Positions 27,798 to 38,442 of a DNA stretch of 64,000 bases are shown here, in pieces (the stretch's first letter is position 1; each line of letters opens with the position of its first letter). The stretch covers positions 1,418 to 65,417 of the forward strand of contig JBDTTA010000001.1 of the NCBI GenBank assembly GCA_039930845.1. Direction: 5' to 3'. Source of the DNA: Gemmatimonadales bacterium. GTDB taxonomy: Bacteria; Gemmatimonadota; Gemmatimonadetes; Gemmatimonadales; GWC2-71-9. The position numbers and the translations under genes are program-made. The notes beneath the pieces were generated by a model. That model was not told where the DNA came from and searched no databases. It worked only from the letters and a program-made list of their open reading frames with translations.

Positions 27798-28042
27798 GCT
27801 ATCGAGTGCATGTGCGCGTGATGCCGCGGGCCGGATTGCTGGACCCGCAGGGACAGGCGGTGGAGCACGCCCTTTCGGCGCTCGGGTTCGGAGAGGCCGG
27901 TGGCGTCAGGATCGGACGCGCCATCGAGCTCGAGGTGAGCACGCCGACCCGGGGCGAGGCCGAGACCCGGGTCCGGCAGATGTGCGAAAAGCTTCTCGCC
28001 AATCCGGTCACGGAGGACTATCTCCTCGTGGTGGAGGAATGA
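27794..28042 (+). CDS. purS: Phosphoribosylformylglycinamidine synthase subunit PurS
   Basis: 82 aa: [21 protein letters not shown]......RIGR.IEL......EA...[14 protein letters not shown]. Confidence 0.9.
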   Translation: MSYRVHVRVMPRAGLLDPQGQAVEHALSALGFGEAGGVRIGRAIELEVSTPTRGEAETRVRQMCEKLLANPVTEDYLLVVEE

Positions 28043-28779
28043 TCAGGGTCGCCGTCGTGCGGTTTCCGGGGAGCAACTGCGAGATCGACTCGCTGCGCGC
28101 CGTCGAGCGGGCCGGCGCGGAGGGCCATATCGTGTGGCACCGCGAGGCCGACCTCCGCGCCGCCGATGTCGTCGTGCTCCCCGGGGGGTTCAGCTATGGC
28201 GACTACCTGCGATCGGGCGCCATCGCCCGGTTCAGCCCGATCATGCACGCGGTGCAGGAGCACGCCGCCGCCGGGGGAGCGGTCCTCGGGATCTGCAACG
28301 GTTTCCAGATCCTCTGCGAGGCGCACCTGCTCCCGGGCGCCTTGCAGCGGAACGCGGCGCTGAGGTTCGTCGCCAAGCCGGTGGACGTCATCGTGGAGCG
28401 AACCGGGACCGCCTTCACCTCCGCCTACGCGCCAGGCGATCGCCTGCGGCTGCCCGTCGCCCACGGCGACGGCCGCTACGTCGCCTCCGACGACACGCTC
28501 CGGCTCCTCGAGGCGGAGGGCCGTGTGGTGCTGCGATACGTCGCCGAGAGCGAGGGATCGCCGATGCAGCCCAATCCGAACGGGTCGGCCAATCACATCG
28601 CCGGCATCTGCAATGCTGCCGGCACCGTCGTGGGCATCATGCCGCATCCCGAGCGCGTCGCCGAGTCGGTACTGGGATCCCTCGATGGTCTCGGCTTCTT
28701 CACGTCGATCGCGGCGCTCACCCAAGGGACCCCATCTCCAACCCTCAGAGCCAATGACCACCGACAAGCCCAGCCGTAA
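28039..28779 (+). CDS. purQ: Phosphoribosylformylglycinamidine synthase glutaminase subunit PurQ
   Basis: ATG 28039 (ATGA overlap with purS). [16 protein letters not shown]...LPGGFSYGDYLR.GAIA...GICNGFQIL (Cys nucleophile)...MPHPER. Confidence 0.9.
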   Translation: MIRVAVVRFPGSNCEIDSLRAVERAGAEGHIVWHREADLRAADVVVLPGGFSYGDYLRSGAIARFSPIMHAVQEHAAAGGAVLGICNGFQILCEAHLLPGALQRNAALRFVAKPVDVIVERTGTAFTSAYAPGDRLRLPVAHGDGRYVASDDTLRLLEAEGRVVLRYVAESEGSPMQPNPNGSANHIAGICNAAGTVVGIMPHPERVAESVLGSLDGLGFFTSIAALTQGTPSPTLRANDHRQAQP

Positions 28780-29083
28780 CGAGGACGAGTACTTCGTCAA
28801 GCAGGACGCCGAACTGCTCAAGCGCCAGCGTGAGCTCGCCGAGTCCGCCGCCCTCGAGGGCGAGCGGCGCTCTCATTACATGAAATGCCCGAAGGACGGG
28901 TACGACCTCGCCAGCAGCAAGTATCACGGGGTACAGATCGAGACCTGTCCCAACTGTGGGGGCATGTGGCTCGACGCCGGCGAGATCGACCTGGTGGCCA
29001 AGGAGGAGCGCCCTGCCTTGTTTACCCGCGTGCTCTCCGACGCCTTTGCCACCCTCAGGGCGCGCGGGGAAAAGAAGTCGTGA
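28754..29083 (+). CDS. Small zinc-ribbon protein (zf-TFIIB/TF_Zn_ribbon-like, CPxDG...CPxCGGxWLDxGE)
   Basis: 109 aa from ATG 28754: ...[40 protein letters not shown]... Overlaps the purQ 3' end by 26 nt in another frame and ends in a GTGA overlap with purL. Low-complexity-free, protein-like sequence. Confidence 0.6.
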   Translation: MTTDKPSRNEDEYFVKQDAELLKRQRELAESAALEGERRSHYMKCPKDGYDLASSKYHGVQIETCPNCGGMWLDAGEIDLVAKEERPALFTRVLSDAFATLRARGEKKS

Positions 29084-31392
29084 CCGGTTTTGCCGTCGAG
29101 GGCGTCACGGAGGCCTTCGCCTTCGAAGGAGAGCGTCCGGTCACGCCCGACGTCGTTCGCGAGCACAATCTCAACGACCTCGAATACGGCCGCATCGTCG
29201 AGATGCTCGGCCGCGCTCCGACGCTCACCGAGCTCGGCATCTTCTCGGCCCTCTGGTCGGAGCACTGCAGCTACAAGCACTCCCGGGCGGTGCTCAAGAC
29301 CTTCCCGACCACCGGCGCGCAGGTGGTGCAGGGCCCGGGCGAGAACGCCGGCGTGCTCCGGCTGCCTGATGGATGGGCCGTGGCGTTCAAGATCGAGTCG
29401 CACAACCATCCATCCGCGGTCGAACCCTATCAGGGAGCGGCGACCGGTGTGGGAGGGATTCTCCGCGACGTATTCACCATGGGCGCGCGCCCGGTCGCGA
29501 TGCTGAACAGCCTGCGCTTCGGTCCGCTCGACATGCCGCGCAACAGATACCTCCTTGCCGGCGTGGTTCGCGGAGTCGGCGACTACGGCAATTGTGTCGG
29601 TATCCCGACCCTCGGCGGCGAGGTCGGATTCGCCGAAGGCTACACCGGCAATCCGCTGGTCAACGCCATGTGCGTCGGACTGCTCAAGGAATCGGACCTG
29701 ATCCGGGCCGCGGCACACGGCGTTGGCAACATCCTCCTCTGCGTCGGCGCGCGTACGGGGCGTGACGGCATCCACGGGGCCAGCTTCGCCTCGGAAGCGC
29801 TCTCCGAGAAGAGCGAGGCGCGACGCCCGCAGGTGCAGGTCGGCGACCCCTTCACCGAAAAGCTGCTCCTCGAGGCCAGCCTCGAGCTGATCACTTCGGG
29901 GCTCATCGTCGCCATCCAGGACATGGGCGCGGCGGGACTGACCAGCTCAAGCGCGGAAATGGCGGCGCGCGGCGGCGTCGGAGTGGAAATCGACACGGCG
30001 CTGGTGCCGACGCGCGAGCCGGGAATGACGCCCTACGAGATCCTGCTTTCCGAATCCCAGGAACGGATGCTCGTGGTGGCCGAGCCCCCGCGGGTAGCGG
30101 AAGTCGAGGCGGTGTGCGCCCGATGGGACCTCGGCGCCGCGCCGATCGGCCGCGTCACCGACGACGGCATCTTCCGGGTGCGGCACGCCGGGCTCGTCGT
30201 CGCCGCCATTCCCGGCCAGCGACTGGTGGACGATTGCCCCATGTACCACCCCGAGGCGCGCGAAGGCGCCGACGCCCGCACGCGCCGGGCCTCCCGCCCG
30301 ACCGGCGCTCCCACGACCGATCTCAGGGGTGCGCTGGAGCTGCTGCTCGACAGCCCCAACATCGCGAGCAAGCAATGGATGTACGAGCAGTTCGACTCGA
30401 CCATCCAGGCATCTACCGTGATCGGGCCCGGCGGCGATGCGGGGGTGCTTCGTGTGCCGGGCACGGGCTTCGGCCTATCCGTCTCGGTCGATTGCAACAG
30501 CCGGCTGGTCGGCCTCGACCCCTACGAGGGCGGCAAGTCCACGGTCGCCGAGGCGGCGCGCAACGTTGCCTGTACGGGCGCGGTTCCCCTGGGAATCACC
30601 GACTGTCTCAACTTCGGAAACCCTGAAAAGCCCGAAGTGTTTCATCAGTTCAGGGAAGCCTGTCGGGGCATCGCCGAGGCGTGCCTCGCATTCGACACGC
30701 CGGTGACCGGCGGCAACGTCTCGTTCTACAACGAGAGCCCGAAGGGCGCGATCGACCCCACCCCCACGGTCGGTATGGTGGGCCTGTTACACAATATTGA
30801 GGACCGGGTGCCTAGCCATTTCACGGCGGCCGGAGACGAGGTCGTCATTCTCGGAGCCACCCGCGGCGCGCTCGGCGGCTCGGCATACTGGGCCGAAGTT
30901 CGCGGATTTGTCGGCGGGCAGCCGGCCATAGTCGATCTCGACGCGGAGCGGCGGCTGCAGCGCTTCCTGGTGACTGCGGCCAGACACCGCCTGCTCCACT
31001 CCGCGCACGACTGCTCCGACGGCGGACTCCTGGTGGCGCTCGCGGAAGCAGCGATTGGCGGGGCATACGCAGCGGAAGGGTATGGGGCCGCCTGTGACCT
31101 GACCGGCTATGGTGCCGGCGTGCAACCGGCAGGCCTGCTGTACGGTGAAGATGGGGCCAGGGTGGTACTCTCCTGTACCTCCGAGGACGCCCCGCGCGTC
31201 GAGGCGCTGGCGCGGGAGCATGGCGTGCCGCTGTTTCGCGCGGGCCGGGTCGAGCGCGGCTCCGGCGATCTGACGATCACGACAGCCGGCGAGACGCTCA
31301 CATGGAGCGTCCCGGCATTGCGCAGGATCTACTTCGAGGCAATCCCACGGCGGATGCGGCATCCCGACGTGGATCGAGCGGTGGGAGCGTAA
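29080..31392 (+). CDS. purL: Phosphoribosylformylglycinamidine synthase subunit PurL (small-PurL type)
   Basis: GTG 29080. ...[26 protein letters not shown]...GENAGV......[27 protein letters not shown]. 770 aa. Confidence 0.9.
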   Translation: MTGFAVEGVTEAFAFEGERPVTPDVVREHNLNDLEYGRIVEMLGRAPTLTELGIFSALWSEHCSYKHSRAVLKTFPTTGAQVVQGPGENAGVLRLPDGWAVAFKIESHNHPSAVEPYQGAATGVGGILRDVFTMGARPVAMLNSLRFGPLDMPRNRYLLAGVVRGVGDYGNCVGIPTLGGEVGFAEGYTGNPLVNAMCVGLLKESDLIRAAAHGVGNILLCVGARTGRDGIHGASFASEALSEKSEARRPQVQVGDPFTEKLLLEASLELITSGLIVAIQDMGAAGLTSSSAEMAARGGVGVEIDTALVPTREPGMTPYEILLSESQERMLVVAEPPRVAEVEAVCARWDLGAAPIGRVTDDGIFRVRHAGLVVAAIPGQRLVDDCPMYHPEAREGADARTRRASRPTGAPTTDLRGALELLLDSPNIASKQWMYEQFDSTIQASTVIGPGGDAGVLRVPGTGFGLSVSVDCNSRLVGLDPYEGGKSTVAEAARNVACTGAVPLGITDCLNFGNPEKPEVFHQFREACRGIAEACLAFDTPVTGGNVSFYNESPKGAIDPTPTVGMVGLLHNIEDRVPSHFTAAGDEVVILGATRGALGGSAYWAEVRGFVGGQPAIVDLDAERRLQRFLVTAARHRLLHSAHDCSDGGLLVALAEAAIGGAYAAEGYGAACDLTGYGAGVQPAGLLYGEDGARVVLSCTSEDAPRVEALAREHGVPLFRAGRVERGSGDLTITTAGETLTWSVPALRRIYFEAIPRRMRHPDVDRAVGA

Positions 31393-31395
31393 CGG

Positions 31396-32790
31396 ATGTG
31401 CGGCATCATCGGAGTTTCCGGAATCCCCGACGCGGCCCGGCTCGCGTATCTCGGCCTGTACGCCCTGCAGCACCGGGGACAGGAGAGTGCGGGCATCGTG
31501 GCGGTGGATCGCGAGTGTGTGGCGCGGAGCCACCGCGGCATGGGGCTCGTCAGCGAAAACTTCGATGACGCGATTCTCGCGGCCCTGCCCGGCGACGTCG
31601 CCGTGGGCCACACGCGCTACAGCACGACCGGCAGCACAGTGCTGGCCAACGCACAACCATGCAGCGCCAACACGCGGTGCGGCCCGCTGGCCATCGCCCA
31701 CAACGGCAATCTGGTGAACGCCGCCGAAATCAAACGGGGATTGGTGGAGCGCGGCGCCATCTTCACCAGTTCCTCGGATACCGAAGTCCTGGTACACCTG
31801 ATCGCGCGGTCGGAAGCGGACACCGTCGAGGGGCAGATCCGCGACGCGCTCGAGCAGGTGGACGGGGCCTACAGCCTCGTCATCGCGGTGGGCCGCACGG
31901 TCTACGCGGTCATCGACAGCCGGGGATTCCGCCCGCTCGTCCTCGGCCGACTGGGCGCCGGCATGGTCGTCGCGTCGGAGAGCTGCGCGCTCGACCTGCT
32001 GGGCGCCACCCCGGCGTGCGAGCTTCAGCCGGGGGAATTCATCCGGATCGACGATGGAAAGGTCACCGAGCTGGCGCGGCTGAGCCCGCGTCCGGTCAGC
32101 CGCTGCGTCTTCGAGCTCGTGTACTTTGCCCGTCCCGACAGCACCGTATTCGGCGAATCGGTGGACCGTGCCCGCCGCGAACTCGGCCGGCAGCTCGCCC
32201 GCGAACAGCCCGCCCCGCGAGGCCAGGTGGTGTTCAGCGTGCCGGACTCCTCGAACGCCATGGCGCTCGGCTTTTCTGAGGTGTCCGGCATCAAGCTCGA
32301 GTACGGGCTCATCCGCAACCACTACGTCGGTCGGACGTTCATCAACCCGACGCAGGATCATCGTGTCGCCAAGGTGAAGATCAAGTTCAATCCCGTCCGC
32401 GACGTGATCGAGGGCAATTCCGTCGTCGTGGTGGATGACAGCCTCGTCCGCGGCAATACCAGCAAGAGCCTTGTGCAGATGATTCGCGCGGCCGGCGCGC
32501 GGGAGGTCCACCTGCGGCTCGGCTCGCCTCCGATCACCGGGCCCTGTCTGTACGGCATCGACACGCCTACCAGCGAAGAACTGATCGCGGCCACGCACTC
32601 CGTCGAGGAAATCCAGCAATTTCTCGGCGTCGACTCGCTGGGCTACCTCTCGCTGCCCGGCATGCTGCGTGCGGCCGGCAGCGTCCACGGCTTCTGTCAC
32701 GCCTGCTTCTCGGGCGACTACCCCACCCCACTCCCCGGAGACCTGGTGCAACTGCGGCACGCCTCGCCACTCGTTGCGACACCCGCATGA
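31396..32790 (+). CDS. purF: Amidophosphoribosyltransferase
   Basis: 464 aa beginning MCGIIGV (N-terminal Cys nucleophile)...LQHRGQESAGI...VVDDSLVRGNTS...C.YGIDTP...CFSGDYP. Confidence 0.95.
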   Translation: MCGIIGVSGIPDAARLAYLGLYALQHRGQESAGIVAVDRECVARSHRGMGLVSENFDDAILAALPGDVAVGHTRYSTTGSTVLANAQPCSANTRCGPLAIAHNGNLVNAAEIKRGLVERGAIFTSSSDTEVLVHLIARSEADTVEGQIRDALEQVDGAYSLVIAVGRTVYAVIDSRGFRPLVLGRLGAGMVVASESCALDLLGATPACELQPGEFIRIDDGKVTELARLSPRPVSRCVFELVYFARPDSTVFGESVDRARRELGRQLAREQPAPRGQVVFSVPDSSNAMALGFSEVSGIKLEYGLIRNHYVGRTFINPTQDHRVAKVKIKFNPVRDVIEGNSVVVVDDSLVRGNTSKSLVQMIRAAGAREVHLRLGSPPITGPCLYGIDTPTSEELIAATHSVEEIQQFLGVDSLGYLSLPGMLRAAGSVHGFCHACFSGDYPTPLPGDLVQLRHASPLVATPA

Positions 32791-35456
32791 GCGATCCGTA
32801 CACGCAACAGCCGCTGGTCTACTTCTTCGGAAGCGGCCGCGCCGAGGGCACCGCGGCCATGAAAGACGTGCTCGGCGGCAAGGGCGCCGGGTTGGCGGAA
32901 ATGACGACGATCGGCATTCCCGTGCCGCCCGGATTCACCATCGCCAGCAGTATCTGCCAGCACTATCTCGAAAGCACCCAGTTTCCCAGGCGGCTCCAGC
33001 TTCAGGTCGAGGGCGCGCTCCACCGTCTCGAGGCGGCCACGGGCAAGATTTTCGGCGATGCCGACAAACCGTTGCTCGTGTCGGTCCGATCCGGCGCGGC
33101 GGTGTCGATGCCCGGCATGATGGAAACCATCCTCAACCTCGGGCTCAACGACACCACCGTCGAAGGCCTGACCCGGCAGAGCCGGAATCCGCACTTCGCC
33201 TGGGACTCCTACCGGCGATTCGTACAGATGTACGGCGTCGTCGTGTTCGATCTCCCCAAGAAGCCGTTCGAGGAGATCCTCGAGGAACACCGGCAGCGCG
33301 GCGGGGTCGAACGCGACATCGACCTGCCGGTGAGCGAGATCCAGTCCATCGTGCGCCGGCTCAAGGAACGGGTGAAGGAAGAATCGGGTCGCGATTTCCC
33401 CGACCACCCCGTCGACCAGCTCTGGGGGGCCATCGCCGCCGTGTTCGAGAGCTGGAACACTCGCCGCGCCATCGACTACCGCAAGCTTCACGACATTCCC
33501 GATGCGATGGGCACGGCCGTCAACGTCGTGGCGATGGTGTTCGGCAACCTCGGCGAAGACTCGGGCACCGGCGTCGCGTTCAGTCGTGATCCCTCGACGG
33601 GCGAGTCCGCCATGTACGGGGAGTATCTGCTCAACGCGCAAGGCGAGGACGTGGTCTCCGGTACGCGCACGCCCCTGCCTCTCACGACGCTCAAGGACCG
33701 CCTCCCGGCCTCCTTTCAGGAGCTCGAGCGGGTGGCACGAACGCTGGAGCGACACTTTCGCGATCTCCAGGACATGGAGTTCACCATCGAGCGCGGCAGG
33801 CTCTACATGCTGCAGACGAGGCGCGGCCAGCGATCGGGCCATGCGGCCGTCCGGATCGCCTGCGAAATGGTGGATGAGGGGCTCATCTCCGAGGAAGAGG
33901 CCGTCGCCCGGATCCCCCCCAGCGATCTGAATCAGCTCCTCCATCCCACGATCGATCCGGCCAGCGAGCTCGGACTGCTCACGACCGGACTCCCCGCCTC
34001 GCCCGGCGCCGCGTGCGGCACCGTGGTATTCGACGCGGACAGGGCCGAACAACTCGGCCGCGCCGGACAGCCCGTCATCCTGGTCAGACGGGAGACCTCC
34101 CCTGAGGATTTCCACGGCATGGTCATGGCCAAGGCGGTGCTCACCGCGCGCGGCGGCATGACCTCACATGCCGCCGTGGTCGCACGCGGGATGGGCAAGC
34201 CGTGCGTGGCGGGGGCGCAGGCATTGCAGGTGGACGAGCGCGCCAATCGCATGATCGTGGGCGACAGCCAGATTGCCGAGGGCGACTGGATCACGGTGGA
34301 CGGCAGCACTGGCAGGGTGTTCGCCGGGCAGGCCGCGCTCGTGACGCCGGAGCTCGGGAGCGACTTCCTTCGCCTCATGCAGTGGGCCGATCGCATCCGC
34401 CAGCTCCGCGTGCGCGTGAACGCGGATACGCCGGCCGACGCGCACCGGGGGCGCGATTTCGGAGCGGAAGGCATCGGCCTCTGTCGCACCGAGCACATGT
34501 TCTTCGACGGCGAGCGGCTCACCGCCATGCGGGAGATGATCGTCGCGCAGGACACGAAGGGGCGGGAGCACGCGCTGGCCAAGCTGCTCCCCATGCAGCG
34601 CTCCGATTTCGAAGCCATCTTCCGCGCGATGGAGGGGTTTCCCGTCACCATCCGGTTGCTCGACCCGCCGCTCCACGAGTTCCTGCCGAGGGAGGCGTCG
34701 GAAGTGACGGCGCTCGCCGGCGAGATGGGCATCACCGTCGAGAAGCTTCAGGGGGTGATCGACCGGCTCCACGAAGTCAATCCGATGCTCGGTCTGCGCG
34801 GCTGCCGTCTGGGCATCATTTACCCCGAGATCACGGCCATGCAGGTGCGCGCCATTTTCGAGGCGGCGTGCACGGTCGCGTCACGGAAGGGCCGCGTGAT
34901 GCCGGAGGTGATGATCCCGCTGACGGCGAGTGTCGTGGAGTTCCGGAAGCAGGCGCTCATCGTGCGGCAGGTGGCGGAGGAGGTCTTCCGGGAGCGCCAG
35001 ATCACTGTGCCCTTCCTCCTCGGCACGATGATCGAGCTCCCGCGCGCCGCCCTTACCGCCGACGAGCTCGCGCGCGAGGCGCAGTTCTTTTCATTCGGCA
35101 CCAATGATCTCACGCAGACCACCTGGGGTCTGTCGCGGGACGACGCCGGGCACTTCTTGCCCTACTATCTCGAGCACGGCGTGATCGAAGCCGATCCGTT
35201 CCAGGTGCTCGACCAGGCCGGCGTGGGCAAGCTGATCCAGATGGCCTGCGACCTCGGCCGGCGGACCCGCCCCGATCTCAAGCTCGGCATCTGCGGGGAG
35301 CACGGGGGCGAGCCCGCGGCGGTGGCCTTCTGCGACCGGCTTGGCGTCAACTACGTCTCCTGCTCCCCGTTCAGAGTGCCCATCGCCCGCCTTGCCGCGG
35401 CCCAGGCCGCGCTCGCGACACGAGGAACGATGGACCGGACGAGGGCGACGGTGTAG
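32787..35456 (+). CDS. ppdK: Pyruvate, phosphate dikinase
   Basis: 889 aa: GGKGAGLAEM...TARGGMTSHAAVVARGMGKPCV (phosphohistidine)...GLCRTEHMFF...FFSFGTNDLTQ...ICGEHGG. Confidence 0.95.
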   Translation: MSDPYTQQPLVYFFGSGRAEGTAAMKDVLGGKGAGLAEMTTIGIPVPPGFTIASSICQHYLESTQFPRRLQLQVEGALHRLEAATGKIFGDADKPLLVSVRSGAAVSMPGMMETILNLGLNDTTVEGLTRQSRNPHFAWDSYRRFVQMYGVVVFDLPKKPFEEILEEHRQRGGVERDIDLPVSEIQSIVRRLKERVKEESGRDFPDHPVDQLWGAIAAVFESWNTRRAIDYRKLHDIPDAMGTAVNVVAMVFGNLGEDSGTGVAFSRDPSTGESAMYGEYLLNAQGEDVVSGTRTPLPLTTLKDRLPASFQELERVARTLERHFRDLQDMEFTIERGRLYMLQTRRGQRSGHAAVRIACEMVDEGLISEEEAVARIPPSDLNQLLHPTIDPASELGLLTTGLPASPGAACGTVVFDADRAEQLGRAGQPVILVRRETSPEDFHGMVMAKAVLTARGGMTSHAAVVARGMGKPCVAGAQALQVDERANRMIVGDSQIAEGDWITVDGSTGRVFAGQAALVTPELGSDFLRLMQWADRIRQLRVRVNADTPADAHRGRDFGAEGIGLCRTEHMFFDGERLTAMREMIVAQDTKGREHALAKLLPMQRSDFEAIFRAMEGFPVTIRLLDPPLHEFLPREASEVTALAGEMGITVEKLQGVIDRLHEVNPMLGLRGCRLGIIYPEITAMQVRAIFEAACTVASRKGRVMPEVMIPLTASVVEFRKQALIVRQVAEEVFRERQITVPFLLGTMIELPRAALTADELAREAQFFSFGTNDLTQTTWGLSRDDAGHFLPYYLEHGVIEADPFQVLDQAGVGKLIQMACDLGRRTRPDLKLGICGEHGGEPAAVAFCDRLGVNYVSCSPFRVPIARLAAAQAALATRGTMDRTRATV

Positions 35457-35483
35457 GAAGGCCAATCGCCAGAAAGGAATTCC

Positions 35484-35978
35484 ATGCCCCACCCGCTCGT
35501 CGGCATCGTCATGGGAAGCGACTCGGACTGGGAAGTGATGCAGCACTCGGCGGCGCGGCTCGCGGAGTTCGGCGTGCCGCACGAGAGTCGCGTCGTCTCC
35601 GCCCACCGGACGCCCGACCTCCTCTTCCGCTACGCCGAGGAGGCGGCAGGCCGGGGCCTCCGCTGCATCATCGCCGGCGCGGGAGGCGCCGCCCACCTGC
35701 CGGGCATGCTCGCGGCCAAGACAACGCTTCCGATACTCGGTGTGCCGGTACCGACGCGGCACCTTCAGGGGCTCGATTCGCTCCTCTCGATCGTGCAGAT
35801 GCCCGCCGGTGTTCCGGTCGCGACCTTCGCGATCGGCACCTCGGGGGCACAGAACGCCGCGCTCTATGCGATCGGCATTCTGGCGCTCTCCGATTCCCCG
35901 CTCTCCACGAAGCTCTCCGAGTTCCGCCGGGCGCAGGCGGCGCGCGTGAGCGAGCTCAGGCTGCCCGCTCCCGGATGA
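35484..35978 (+). CDS. purE: N5-carboxyaminoimidazole ribonucleotide mutase
   Basis: 164 aa: [13 protein letters not shown].......[14 protein letters not shown]......[24 protein letters not shown]. Confidence 0.9.
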   Translation: MPHPLVGIVMGSDSDWEVMQHSAARLAEFGVPHESRVVSAHRTPDLLFRYAEEAAGRGLRCIIAGAGGAAHLPGMLAAKTTLPILGVPVPTRHLQGLDSLLSIVQMPAGVPVATFAIGTSGAQNAALYAIGILALSDSPLSTKLSEFRRAQAARVSELRLPAPG

Positions 35979-37129
35979 TTCTGCCCGGCGCCACCCTCGG
36001 AGTGCTCGGCGGCGGCCAGCTCGGGCGGATGTTCGCCCTCCGCGCGAGGACGATGGGGTACCGGGTTGTTGTTCTCGATCCCGATCTCGAGTCGCCCGCG
36101 GGCCAGGTAGCCGATCGCCACATTCGTGCGCAATACGATGATGCGCGCGCCCTGGAGGACCTGGCCGGCTTGTGCGCCGCCGTCACCACCGAATTCGAGA
36201 ACGTCTCCGCCACCACACTCGAGCGACTCGCCCACTCCACCATCGTGCATCCCGGCGCGGCCGCCGTCGCCATCGCCCAGGACAGAATCGCCGAGAAGTC
36301 GTTTCTCCTGGCCGGCGGATTTGCCGTCGCGCCGTTCCGTCCCGTGGAGCGCGCGAGCGACCTCACCGCCGCCCTGATGGCGGTACGGCTCCCTGCCCTG
36401 CTCAAGACGAGCCGCCTGGGCTACGACGGCAAGGGACAGGTCACGATCTCGACGCCTGAGGAGGGCGCCGATGCCTTTCGGACGTTGCGCGGTGTCGCCT
36501 GTGTCATGGAGGAGCGGCTCGACCTGGAGCTCGAGCTTTCGGTGGTCCTGGCACGAGGCGCCGACGGACACGTCGCGACCTTTCCGCCGGGGGAGAACCG
36601 GCATCGCGATGGGATACTTGAGACGACGACGGTTCCCGCCCGGGTGCCGGAGCGGCTCGCCCTGGAGGCGCAACGACTGGCCACGGCCATCGCGGATGCA
36701 CTCGGCTACGTCGGCGTGCTGGGCGTGGAGCTGTTCGTCGCGGACGGCGGACGTCTCTTCGTCAACGAGATCGCGCCCCGGCCGCACAATAGCGGGCACT
36801 ACACGCTGGACGCGTGCACGGTGGATCAGTTCGAGCTGCAGGTACGCACGCTCTGCGGGCTGCCGCTTCAGCCGCCGCGCCTGCTCTCGCCGGTCACGAT
36901 GGTCAACCTTCTCGGCGATCTCTGGTGCGACGGAGAGCCGCGCTGGGCCGAGGCGTTTCAACGGCCCGGCGTCCGTCTCCACCTCTACGGGAAGTCATCG
37001 CCCCGCCCCGGCCGCAAGATGGGCCATCTCAATTGTCTCGCGACCGATTCCGACCGGGCGCTCGCGCTCGCCATCGAGACGCGAAACGCCCTCTGCCCGG
37101 GAAACTCGATCCCGCTCAAGCCGGCGTAG
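35975..37129 (+). CDS. purK: N5-carboxyaminoimidazole ribonucleotide synthase
   Basis: 384-aa ATP-grasp protein: [12 protein letters not shown]......GY.V.VLDP...P....AD......YDD...L.....GYDGKGQ......[12 protein letters not shown]....KMGH. Confidence 0.9.
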   Translation: MILPGATLGVLGGGQLGRMFALRARTMGYRVVVLDPDLESPAGQVADRHIRAQYDDARALEDLAGLCAAVTTEFENVSATTLERLAHSTIVHPGAAAVAIAQDRIAEKSFLLAGGFAVAPFRPVERASDLTAALMAVRLPALLKTSRLGYDGKGQVTISTPEEGADAFRTLRGVACVMEERLDLELELSVVLARGADGHVATFPPGENRHRDGILETTTVPARVPERLALEAQRLATAIADALGYVGVLGVELFVADGGRLFVNEIAPRPHNSGHYTLDACTVDQFELQVRTLCGLPLQPPRLLSPVTMVNLLGDLWCDGEPRWAEAFQRPGVRLHLYGKSSPRPGRKMGHLNCLATDSDRALALAIETRNALCPGNSIPLKPA

Positions 37130-38354
37130 CCACTTCCCGTTTCACCAGGCTCCGCACTCCCTCGACGAGGCGGTCCACCTCCTCGGTGGTGGTGTAGCAC
37201 GCGCATCCGGCGCGCACCAGTCCCTTGCCGGAGAGCCCCAGTCGCGCAACGACGGTGGTCGCGTAGAAGTCCCCGTTCGACACGAAGACCCCGCGCTCCG
37301 CGAGGGCGGCGGCCACCTCATCTGACGTCTTCCCTTCGACAGTAAAGGCCACGGTCGGCGTGTGCGGCTGACTCGGCGGAGGGCCGAACAGCGTCACCCC
37401 TCGCGTCGTCCGTAGTCCCTCCCACAAGCGTTCGAGCAATTCCTGCCCGCGGGCGTGCAGCCCGGCGAACGCACTTGCGAGCCGCTCGCGACGGCTTGCT
37501 CCCCTGCCGAGCGATGCCAGGAACTCCACCGCCGAGCCGGCGCCCGCGATCCCCTCGTGATTGAGCGTTCCCGTTTCCAGTCGCTCCGGAGCACTCTCGG
37601 ACGCGGGTGCGAGCTTGGGTGCGTCGAGCGCCTCGATTCGCTCCTTCCGGCCGTAGAGCACACCGATGTGGGGGCCGTAGAACTTGTAGGCCGAGCAGGC
37701 GAGGAAGTCGCAGCCGATGGCGCGCACGTCCACCAGGTTGTGGGGCGCATAGTGCACCGCGTCCACGAAGGTGAGCGCCCCGGCGGCCTGTGCGAGGCGC
37801 GCCGCACGGGTGACGTCGGTAACCGTTCCCAGCGCATTCGACGCGGCGCCGATCGCCACCAGCCGGGTGCGGGAAGAGAGCGCCTGTTCGAGTGCGGTCC
37901 AGTCGAGCTGGCCGGTCTCGACCACCAGCGGGATGGTCCGGATGGTGACCCCGCGCTCGCGCTGCAGCGCCGTCCATGGCGCGACGTTGGCGTGATGATC
38001 GAGCTCGGTCACGACGATCTCGTCACCTGGACCCCATTCGCGACCCAGCGCGCGGCCGAGATGGAATGTGAGGGTGGTCATATTCGCGCCGAATACCACC
38101 TCGTTCGGCTGCGCCCCGAGAAAGTCCGCGAGCGCGCCGCGCGCGGCGGCAATGATACCGTCGGTCTCCCGGCTGGTCGGATAGTGCCAGTGGGTGTTGG
38201 CATTGTGCCGATAGAGATAGTCGGCCATGGACTCGACGACGGCGCCGGGTACCTGGGTGCCGCCAGGTCCGTCGAAATAGGCGACGGGGTGCCCGTGATG
38301 CCGGCGCTCGAGGGCCAGGAACTGTGCTCGAATCTGTGATGTGGACAGCGTCAT
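37116..38354 (-). CDS. Cysteine desulfurase-like class V aminotransferase
   Basis: 412 aa. PLP-lysine context CSAYKFYGPHIGVLYG. Motifs FDGPGGTQVP..V and NA.G.V.DV. Its 3' end overlaps purK by 14 nt (convergent). Confidence 0.75.
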   Translation of the reverse strand: MTLSTSQIRAQFLALERRHHGHPVAYFDGPGGTQVPGAVVESMADYLYRHNANTHWHYPTSRETDGIIAAARGALADFLGAQPNEVVFGANMTTLTFHLGRALGREWGPGDEIVVTELDHHANVAPWTALQRERGVTIRTIPLVVETGQLDWTALEQALSSRTRLVAIGAASNALGTVTDVTRAARLAQAAGALTFVDAVHYAPHNLVDVRAIGCDFLACSAYKFYGPHIGVLYGRKERIEALDAPKLAPASESAPERLETGTLNHEGIAGAGSAVEFLASLGRGASRRERLASAFAGLHARGQELLERLWEGLRTTRGVTLFGPPPSQPHTPTVAFTVEGKTSDEVAAALAERGVFVSNGDFYATTVVARLGLSGKGLVRAGCACYTTTEEVDRLVEGVRSLVKREVATPA

Positions 38355-38442
38355 GGGCCCTCGGAGAAATGGCGGATCTGCCTTGAGGATTTACCTGATT
38401 ACGCCGACGATAACTCCATATCTGTCAATTCAATAGGGCACA

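Noticed and set aside
27643-28038. Long N-terminal extensions in ORF-track entries. Examples: purQ from 27643, purL from 28885, truA from 21069, lexA from 19826, trpC to 20054, guaA to 48755, dut to 61402, mreD to 58951, dus to 43271, the HEAT gene to 17476, folK to 11341 and psd from 26167.
   Set aside because: The extensions overlap the preceding gene in another frame and read as Arg/Pro/Gly-rich noise. They also exceed the normal family length. Internal ATG/GTG starts placed at or within a few nt of the upstream stop give homologue-like N-termini.
30787-32760. 657-aa minus-strand ORF, the largest of many long ORFs antisense to real genes. Others are 23877-25304 minus, 11286-13550 plus, 1467-2759 plus, 39306-40517 plus, 49861-51729 plus and 61065-62534 plus.
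   Set aside because: The translations are Arg/Pro/Gly/Ala/His-rich with no recognisable motifs. Each lies exactly opposite a gene with strong family signatures (purL/purF, purB, MCP/trpA, hprA/mtkB, the GGDEF gene, lysA/proS, ald). Long stop-free antisense frames are expected at this GC content.
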